64,000 bases of DNA, from positions 800,001 through 864,000 of the forward strand of contig CBDCFW010000006.1 of the NCBI GenBank assembly GCA_965216465.1, given 5' to 3'. Source of the stretch: Bacteroidia bacterium (GTDB lineage: Bacteria > Bacteroidota > Bacteroidia > NS11-12g > UBA9320). The translations under genes were made by a program, and so were the position numbers. The notes under the pieces were generated by a model. That model did not search any database. It was not told the DNA's origin and saw only the letters and a program-made list of their open reading frames with translations. This document shows positions 57,630 to 64,000 of this stretch, in pieces (positions within the stretch are counted from its first letter, which is position 1; the number at the start of each line of letters is the position of its first letter).

Positions 57630-58970
57630 TTATGCGTTGATGTCGAAGGTTTCCATAAACTTCGTAGTGAAGTTACCGTTTCTGAAATCTTCGTTCTGCA
57701 TTAATTTGATATGCAAAGGAATGGTTGTTTTAACACCTTCAATCACGAACTCAGAAAGAGCTCTTTCCATTTTAACAATACACTCTTCTCTTGTTTGAGC
57801 TGAAACAATCAGTTTCGCAATCATCGAGTCATAAAATGGTGGTATAACATATCCAGCGTAGATGTGTGAATCAACTCTTATGCCGTGACCACCTGGTTTG
57901 TGCAGTACTTCAATTCTTCCTGGACTTGGTCTGAAATCGTGAAATACATCTTCAGCATTGATACGACATTCCATTGAGTGCTTTTCAGGAAGGTAGTTCT
58001 TTCCAGACATCGGAATACCTGCAGCGATCTTGATTTGTTCTTTAATCAAATCGTGGTTGATTACTTCCTCAGTAACTGGGTGCTCTACTTGAATACGTGT
58101 ATTCATTTCCATGAAATAGAAATTCTTGTGTTTGTCAACCAAGAACTCTACAGTACCAACACCTTCATATTGAATAGCTTCACCTGCAGCAATTGCAGCT
58201 TCACCCATTTTTTGTCTAAGCTCTTCATCAGCAAACGGAGAAGGAGCCTCTTCAATTAGTTTTTGATGTCTTCTTTGAATCGAACAGTCACGCTCAGAAA
58301 GGTGACAAACTTTACCGTATTGGTCTCCAGCAATTTGAATCTCAATGTGGCGTGGTTCTTCAACGAATTTTTCAAGGTACATACCATCGTTTCCGAAGGC
58401 AGCCTTTGCTTCAGTTCGAGCACTTGCCCAAGCCTCAACAAACTCTTCATCATCCCAGATTACACGCATACCTTTACCACCACCACCGGCAGTAGCTTTT
58501 AGCATTACAGGATATCCCATTTCATTTGAAAGTGCAATACCCTCTTTTTCATCTTTCAACAGACCTTCTGATCCAGGTACACAAGGAACTCCTGCAGCAA
58601 TCATGGTTGCCTTTGCGTTCGACTTGTCACCCATACCATTAATCATTTCAGGACTGGCACCAATGAATTTAATTCCATGGTCACGACACATTTCAGAAAA
58701 TATGGCATTTTCAGAAAGGAATCCATAACCTGGGTGTATGGCATCTGCATTTGTGATTTCAGCAGCAGAAATAATCTTAGGCATGCTCAAGTACGATTCT
58801 GTACTTGAAGGAGGCCCAATACATACTGCTTCGTCAGCAAATTTTACATGTAAACTGTCTTTATCTGCCGTAGAGTAAACTGCAACAGTTGGGATATTCA
58901 TTTCTTTACAAGTACGAATAACCCTTAATGCAATTTCTCCACGATTTGCAATTAAGATTTTCTTAAACAT
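57630..58970 (-). CDS. accC: Acetyl-CoA carboxylase biotin carboxylase
   Basis: [48 protein letters not shown]. Confidence 0.97.
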   Translation of the reverse strand: MFKKILIANRGEIALRVIRTCKEMNIPTVAVYSTADKDSLHVKFADEAVCIGPPSSTESYLSMPKIISAAEITNADAIHPGYGFLSENAIFSEMCRDHGIKFIGASPEMINGMGDKSNAKATMIAAGVPCVPGSEGLLKDEKEGIALSNEMGYPVMLKATAGGGGKGMRVIWDDEEFVEAWASARTEAKAAFGNDGMYLEKFVEEPRHIEIQIAGDQYGKVCHLSERDCSIQRRHQKLIEEAPSPFADEELRQKMGEAAIAAGEAIQYEGVGTVEFLVDKHKNFYFMEMNTRIQVEHPVTEEVINHDLIKEQIKIAAGIPMSGKNYLPEKHSMECRINAEDVFHDFRPSPGRIEVLHKPGGHGIRVDSHIYAGYVIPPFYDSMIAKLIVSAQTREECIVKMERALSEFVIEGVKTTIPLHIKLMQNEDFRNGNFTTKFMETFDINA

Positions 58971-58981
58971 AAGAAAGTATA

Positions 58982-59461
58982 TTAATTAGGTTCAACTAGG
59001 AATAACGGTTGGTCGTATTCAACAGGCTTAGAATCATCAACTAATACCTTAACCACCTTACCGCTAACTTCAGCTTCAATCTCATTGAAAAGCTTCATTG
59101 CTTCAATGATACAAATTACTTGGCCTTTCTCGATTACATCGCCAACCTCAACAAATGCTGGTTTGTCAGGAGATGATTTTCTGTAGAAAGTTCCGATCAT
59201 TGGAGACTTAAGCTCAACCGTGTTTGTTGCTGCTGGCTCAGCTGCTGGTGCAGCTGGAGTTGCTGGTGCCGCCGTTGGAGCTGCAGGAGCTGGAGCTTCA
59301 ACCACAACTTGTTGAGGAGCTGGCATTGCAATAGGAGCCGGAGCTGCAACTGGTTGATTTCTTTTTATATTGATTTTAAAATCTTTTTTCTCAATTGATA
59401 CTTCATCGACTTTAGATGATGAAATAAATTTGATTAAGGTTTGAATTTCTTTTAATTCCAT
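58982..59461 (-). CDS. accB: Acetyl-CoA carboxylase biotin carboxyl carrier protein
   Basis: [12 protein letters not shown] biotinylation motif, Ala/Pro linker. Confidence 0.97.
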   Translation of the reverse strand: MELKEIQTLIKFISSSKVDEVSIEKKDFKINIKRNQPVAAPAPIAMPAPQQVVVEAPAPAAPTAAPATPAAPAAEPAATNTVELKSPMIGTFYRKSSPDKPAFVEVGDVIEKGQVICIIEAMKLFNEIEAEVSGKVVKVLVDDSKPVEYDQPLFLVEPN

Positions 59462-59500
59462 GATTTAATTTCTTTAACGAAAATAGTACAAATTGTTTAT

Positions 59501-60484
59501 TTATTGGTCGTATGCCCACTTGACATAAACAGATCCCCAAGTGAAACCTCCGCCAAATGCAGCAAGAACTAAATTGTCTCCTTTTTTGAATTTCTTTTCA
59601 AAGTCTGTAAGCAACAACGGAATGGTTCCTGCTGTTGTGTTTCCGTATTTGTTAATATTAATTAACACCTTGTCTTTGCTTAAATCCATTCGATTTGCTG
59701 TCGCATCAATAATTCTCAAATTGGCTTGATGTGCAACAAGGTAATCTACTGAATCTCCCGTCAGATTGTTACGATCCATAATATCGCGGCTTACTTGTGC
59801 CATATTAGTCACCGCAAACTTGAACACCGTTTTACCTTCTTGGTAAACGTAATGCATGCGCTTATCGATAGTTTCGTGTGTTGGAGGCATTAAAGAACCA
59901 CCTGCTTTTTGATGAAGGAATTCTTTTCCAACGCCATCAGATTTAAGGATACTGTCCATAACCCCTACATTCTCTTCTGTAGGTTCAAGAAGTACAGCAC
60001 CACCACCGTCACCGAAAATCACACATGTGTTTCTATCTTGATAATCGACTATAGCCGACATTTTATCCGCACCACATACAATTACTTTTTTATGTTGCCC
60101 GGATTGGATGAATTTAGAACCCGTATCTAAAGCGTATAGGAAACCAGAGCAAGCTGCACTAATATCATAACCAAATGCATTAGTAGCACCAATTTTGTGT
60201 GATACAATATTTGCAGTCGCAGGGAAAACATGATCAGGAGTAACGGTTGCTACTATAATCATGTCAATTTCTTCAGCACTGATCTTTCTTTTTTCAAGAA
60301 TCTGTTTAATTGCTTCAACGCACATATCAGAAGTTGCTTTTCCATCTTCTAATATTCGTCTTTCGCTAATTCCAGTTCTTGTTCTTATCCATTCGTCATT
60401 GGTGTCAACCAATTTTTCGAGGTCAAAATTGGTCAGTACTTTTTCTGGCACGTACCCCCCAACGGCTGTAATAGCTGCTCTCAT
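59501..60484 (-). CDS. fabH: 3-oxoacyl-ACP synthase III
   Basis: WIRTRTGI, AACSGF, FGDGGGA, HQAN.RI, YGNT. Confidence 0.96.
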   Translation of the reverse strand: MRAAITAVGGYVPEKVLTNFDLEKLVDTNDEWIRTRTGISERRILEDGKATSDMCVEAIKQILEKRKISAEEIDMIIVATVTPDHVFPATANIVSHKIGATNAFGYDISAACSGFLYALDTGSKFIQSGQHKKVIVCGADKMSAIVDYQDRNTCVIFGDGGGAVLLEPTEENVGVMDSILKSDGVGKEFLHQKAGGSLMPPTHETIDKRMHYVYQEGKTVFKFAVTNMAQVSRDIMDRNNLTGDSVDYLVAHQANLRIIDATANRMDLSKDKVLININKYGNTTAGTIPLLLTDFEKKFKKGDNLVLAAFGGGFTWGSVYVKWAYDQ

Positions 60485-60490
60485 ATAATA

Positions 60491-61438
60491 TTATATACTT
60501 GTTTGTTCAGAAAACGATAGTTCAATTTTAGAAATTAAGTTTGAATCTACCACATTTTTAGAGAGTTTTATCATATTGCTAAAAGTTTTCGCTTTCGAAA
60601 TGCCATGACCAACGATAACCGGTTTTTTAACACCTAGGATAGGAGTTCCGCCATAGTTTTCGAAGTTGAAACGGCTTAAAAATTCATCTTTTACACCTCT
60701 TTTTACAAGGTTATAGAAGAATCCTTCGCAAGTTTTAACCACAATATTTCCTGTGAAACCATCACAGACCACAACATCGGCAACATCGTTAAAGATATCT
60801 CTTCCTTCAACATTACCAGTAAAGTGAATTCCTTTTTGATTTTCAAGAAGTGGAAAAGCTGCTTTGGTCAGCAGATTTCCTTTTTCTTTTTCTTCACCAA
60901 TGCTTAGCAAAGCCACTCTTGGATCAGAAATGTTGTAAACCGCTTTTGCAAACTCACTTCCTAATACAGCAAATTTGGCAAGCGTTTCTGGCTTTACATC
61001 TGAATTCAAGCCAACGTCAAGTAATACTCCTGTTGTTCCGCTTCTCTGGGGAAGAACTGTTGATAGAGCTGGACGTTCAATGCCGTGAATTGTTTTTACG
61101 TTGTAAAGCGACGAAACCATCATGGCTCCGGTATTCCCAGCACTTAAGAAAGCATCGATTTTTCCTTCAGCTAAGCTGTGTAAACCAACATTTATACTGG
61201 AAGTTTTTTTAGACGCAACGGCTTTAGTGGCATGCTCGCTCATGCCAATACTTTCACCGGTGTGAACTATAGTAATGTTGGGGTGATCTAACTCTGAAGA
61301 ATAGGGTGCCAAGGCTTCCGGTTCTCCAAAAATTACAAAATGAGAATCGCAATTCTCAGCTCGTGCTTCAAAAGAAACAGCCTTTACACATTCTTCGGGT
61401 GCAAAGTCACCACCCATGGCATCAATGCCTATCCTCAT
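60491..61438 (-). CDS. plsX: Phosphate acyltransferase
   Basis: DAMGGD.AP, SAGNTGA, GEE..KG, GNVEGRD, DGFTGN. Confidence 0.96.
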   Translation of the reverse strand: MRIGIDAMGGDFAPEECVKAVSFEARAENCDSHFVIFGEPEALAPYSSELDHPNITIVHTGESIGMSEHATKAVASKKTSSINVGLHSLAEGKIDAFLSAGNTGAMMVSSLYNVKTIHGIERPALSTVLPQRSGTTGVLLDVGLNSDVKPETLAKFAVLGSEFAKAVYNISDPRVALLSIGEEKEKGNLLTKAAFPLLENQKGIHFTGNVEGRDIFNDVADVVVCDGFTGNIVVKTCEGFFYNLVKRGVKDEFLSRFNFENYGGTPILGVKKPVIVGHGISKAKTFSNMIKLSKNVVDSNLISKIELSFSEQTSI

Positions 61439-61446
61439 ACTACTAA

Positions 61447-61632
61447 TTATTCGCCTACTTTAGGTTCTAATACCTGAACACCGCGGTACATTCCGGTTTC
61501 AAGGTTTAGCCTATGGTAAAGGTGAACTTCTCCAGTAGATGGATCTCTGTGAAGCTGTCTGTTGCCTAATTTGTAATGAGTTCTTCTCTTGTCTCTTCTC
61601 GTTTTCGAGATTTTACGTTTAGGATGTGCCAT
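61447..61632 (-). CDS. rpmF: 50S ribosomal protein L32 (cysteine-free form)
   Basis: [19 protein letters not shown]; position between yceD and plsX. Confidence 0.96.
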   Translation of the reverse strand: MAHPKRKISKTRRDKRRTHYKLGNRQLHRDPSTGEVHLYHRLNLETGMYRGVQVLEPKVGE

Positions 61633-61635
61633 TTT

Positions 61636-62130
61636 CTATTCTATTAGTTTTTTTAATACGTCCCACCGATCATCCGTTGGCTTCTCAACTTCAGGAGATT
61701 GATAGTTTAATTCACATTGGTCTTTGGTTTGTGAAACTTCACATAGTTTTCGTACGGGCATGTTCAAGCAAATGAGCTCGTAAATGCTATCATACGTAGA
61801 GTATACTTGATGATTTACTGCAAGGTAGTTTTCTTCTTGTAATAACTCTTCATTTCCGGTTAATTTAAGCACCACTTTGTTGGTTGCATCTATGTCGATT
61901 TTAATCGGTTTCAAGCAACGCTCGCAATTGGTGTTTATATATCCAACTATATGATAGTCAATACTAACCGTGGCATCTTTCTTTTCACACTGCAGTGTTA
62001 CAGTGAGGTCACCAGATTGGTACAAACTATTTTCTTTTAAACCAAAGAACGCATCTTCTATTTTCAAAGATATACTATCCTTTTCGTTTTTGAATTTAAT
62101 AAAATCAATATCAAAATCGGACAGCTTCAC
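61636..62130 (-). CDS. DUF177/YceD family protein
   Basis: CERCL, D.RW..LKKL; upstream of rpmF. Confidence 0.88.
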   Translation of the reverse strand: MKLSDFDIDFIKFKNEKDSISLKIEDAFFGLKENSLYQSGDLTVTLQCEKKDATVSIDYHIVGYINTNCERCLKPIKIDIDATNKVVLKLTGNEELLQEENYLAVNHQVYSTYDSIYELICLNMPVRKLCEVSQTKDQCELNYQSPEVEKPTDDRWDVLKKLIE

Positions 62131-62180
62131 TTCAAAAAGGGTGCAAATTTAATAAATTTACACTTATTATTAACAAGAAA

Positions 62181-63257
62181 TCAATTTAAATCAGGCACAC
62201 CAATACTAAACTTCTCTCTTCTATGCTCTTTGTACCTAAGCGGGGTTACAGATTTGTCGTAGAAGCTTAGCCTGTTTCGGTGAATTTTATTGATTAGAAA
62301 CAGTGCGTTTACAAATGAAGAAGGGTCAGCTAAACCTTTACCAGCAATGTCGTATGCCGTTCCGTGATCAGGCGATGTTCTTATGAATGGAAGTCCTGCA
62401 GTATAGTTTACTCCTGATGAGAAGGCTTGTTGTTTGAAAGGAATTAAAACCTGGTCGTGATACATGCCCAATACTCCATCAAAATTTTTAACATTATCAG
62501 ATCCAAAAAATCCGTCAGGGGCATATGGGCCGATAGCCATTATTTCATTTTCTTGAGCTGTTTTGATCGCAGGTGCAATAAGATCAATTTCTTCAGTACC
62601 CATCAAACCGTTATCACCAGAGTGTGGATTTATTCCTAACACCGCAATTTTTGGTTTCGAAATGGCAAAATCTGATTTTAAATGTTCGTGAAGTTCGGTA
62701 ATAGCATCTACTATTTTTTCAGAGCTCAAATTGGCGCTTACAGCATTCAAAGGAGTGTGTCCGGTAACCATGGCTACGCGCAAATCGTCATCGAGCAAAA
62801 TCATTTGAACGTTTGATTCAAATTTCTCTGCAAAATATTGCGTATGCCCATTGAATGCTAAGCCCGCATCTACGGTGCTTTTTTTATCAATCGGAGCAGT
62901 AAGTATGTTATGAATAATGCCATCTTTTATATCTTCAACGGCTAATTCTAATGCGTCTAATGCAAATTTCCCGGCCTCAGTACTTGGTTCACCTGGGGTG
63001 ATGTTTATTCGATCGCGGTTGCAAATTCGAATATTTACAGCATCCTCTTTAATATCACTCTTTTTACGAACAATATTGAAGTTTATCGGAGCGATATCCA
63101 GTAAGGAGGCATAGTGCTTAAACAGATAGGGCGTGCCATACACTACTGGCGTGCAGTAGTTGAGTACCAAGCTAGTGCTCAGAGTTCTCAAGATAAGCTC
63201 CGGACCTATACCATTAAAATCGCCAACGGTTATGCCTACGCTAAGTTTTTCGCTCAT
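62181..63257 (-). CDS. pdxA: 4-hydroxythreonine-4-phosphate dehydrogenase
   Basis: GD.NGIGPE, TAPI.K, GHT, NPH.GD.G..G.EE, MYHDQ, RTSPDHGTA. Confidence 0.95.
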   Translation of the reverse strand: MSEKLSVGITVGDFNGIGPELILRTLSTSLVLNYCTPVVYGTPYLFKHYASLLDIAPINFNIVRKKSDIKEDAVNIRICNRDRINITPGEPSTEAGKFALDALELAVEDIKDGIIHNILTAPIDKKSTVDAGLAFNGHTQYFAEKFESNVQMILLDDDLRVAMVTGHTPLNAVSANLSSEKIVDAITELHEHLKSDFAISKPKIAVLGINPHSGDNGLMGTEEIDLIAPAIKTAQENEIMAIGPYAPDGFFGSDNVKNFDGVLGMYHDQVLIPFKQQAFSSGVNYTAGLPFIRTSPDHGTAYDIAGKGLADPSSFVNALFLINKIHRNRLSFYDKSVTPLRYKEHRREKFSIGVPDLN

Positions 63258-63286
63258 AGGTAGGCAAAGGTAGGTTTTCTTACCGA

Positions 63287-63754
63287 TTAAGAAATAAGTT
63301 TTTGCCTGAGCATGAATTCAAGCTGTTGGTTGGTTTCAACCAGTCTTGATTTCATAAGGTGGTCTTGTTTCTTTTCTTGGTTTGCGTAAAAGGATGCTTC
63401 AATAGTTTGTGTTAAATCGTCTTTAACCCAAGGCTTGGTTAAAAATCTAAACACTTCACATCGATTTATAGCCTCAATCACAATATTAATGTCGTTACAT
63501 CCTGTAATTAAGATCCTTCCAATATGTGGATGCTCAGTCTTTAATCGCTCTAAAAGATCGACTCCAGAAATGTCTGGCATCATGTGGTCGGTAATTACAA
63601 CATCAATCTCATTAGCCTCAATAATTTCAAGGGCTTTAGCAGCACCATCGGCTAAGTGTACATTGAAAATTTTACGAAAATTTGCTCTGAAAGCTGTAAG
63701 ATTTTGTGCTTCATCGTCAACGTAAAGCACGGAAATGATTTTGTTTAAATCCAT
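63287..63754 (-). CDS. Single-domain response regulator with short coiled-coil tail
   Basis: LYVDDE..NL.AF, ITD..MP..SG, FLTKPW, tail N.QLEFMLRQKLIS. Start likely ATG 63754. Confidence 0.9.
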   Translation of the reverse strand: MDLNKIISVLYVDDEAQNLTAFRANFRKIFNVHLADGAAKALEIIEANEIDVVITDHMMPDISGVDLLERLKTEHPHIGRILITGCNDINIVIEAINRCEVFRFLTKPWVKDDLTQTIEASFYANQEKKQDHLMKSRLVETNQQLEFMLRQKLIS

Positions 63755-63837
63755 GGTTATCAATAAATAGTAGTACTACAAATATACATTAAATGTTGAT
63801 AACTGCAAAACTTGGATGTATTTATATAGATGTTTGT

Positions 63838-64000
63838 ATGATTACAATGACATATAAACCGCATTTCTATAGATTAACTAATTATGATGAAAGCTCCGCT
63901 TTTGAGCAACTAATTCGCGATAAATCTCCAAGGAAAATTGACACAATTGCCTCACAGTTAAGGGAATTGGTGCTTTGTCAAAATCCGAGCATTGCTAAAT
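63838..64000 (+). CDS. 5' part of an ORF running off the window; possibly an Rv1355c-like ThiF family protein
   Basis: Not in the ORF track. Open frame MITMTYKPHFYRLTNYDESSAFEQLIRDKSPRKIDTIASQLRELVLCQNPSIAK to the window end; Y.P...D....QL.EL....P pattern recalled from that family. Confidence 0.45.
   Translation, partial: MITMTYKPHFYRLTNYDESSAFEQLIRDKSPRKIDTIASQLRELVLCQNPSIAK

Noticed and set aside
1-64000. CRISPR arrays, tRNA/rRNA genes, IS elements, prophage
   Set aside because: No regularly spaced short repeats, structural RNA signatures, transposase, integrase or phage genes recognised by eye; a covariance-model search would be needed to fully exclude small RNAs.

Overview
AT-rich bacterial chromosomal DNA from a free-living Bacteroidota. 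Support: T9SS C-terminal sorting domains of types A and B, TAnnTTTG -7 promoter elements, Rho with an N-terminal insertion, and the yceD-rpmF-plsX-fabH-accB-accC cluster. Most of the window is housekeeping (scpA, thyA, pdhC, rho, tilS, pgk, thiL, pdxA, acc/fab). I saw no rRNA, tRNA, CRISPR array, integrase or transposase. The most notable locus is 40.1-53.0 kb on the minus strand. It holds two tandem ~1370-aa T9SS-secreted proteins with different N-terminal GEVED 'tips' on a nearly nucleotide-identical ~3.5-kb stalk (constant offset 4303 bp). Downstream lie an ECF sigma factor, an anti-sigma-like protein apparently spanning both membranes, and a third T9SS cargo. The same GCAACC-N15/16-(G/T)TCTAA ECF-type promoter motif precedes both large genes and the sigma gene. 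Other oddities: a methylmalonyl-CoA mutase carrying a fused remnant of the small subunit; a protein with three GldM-C-terminal-like repeats coupled to a type-B T9SS cargo; two tandem Crp/Fnr regulator-operator-target cassettes in a small accessory block; a divergent lytic transglycosylase plus M23 peptidase behind rho; and an M28-GH3-rhodanese/thioredoxin operon. All family assignments come from motif recognition by eye, not from database searches.
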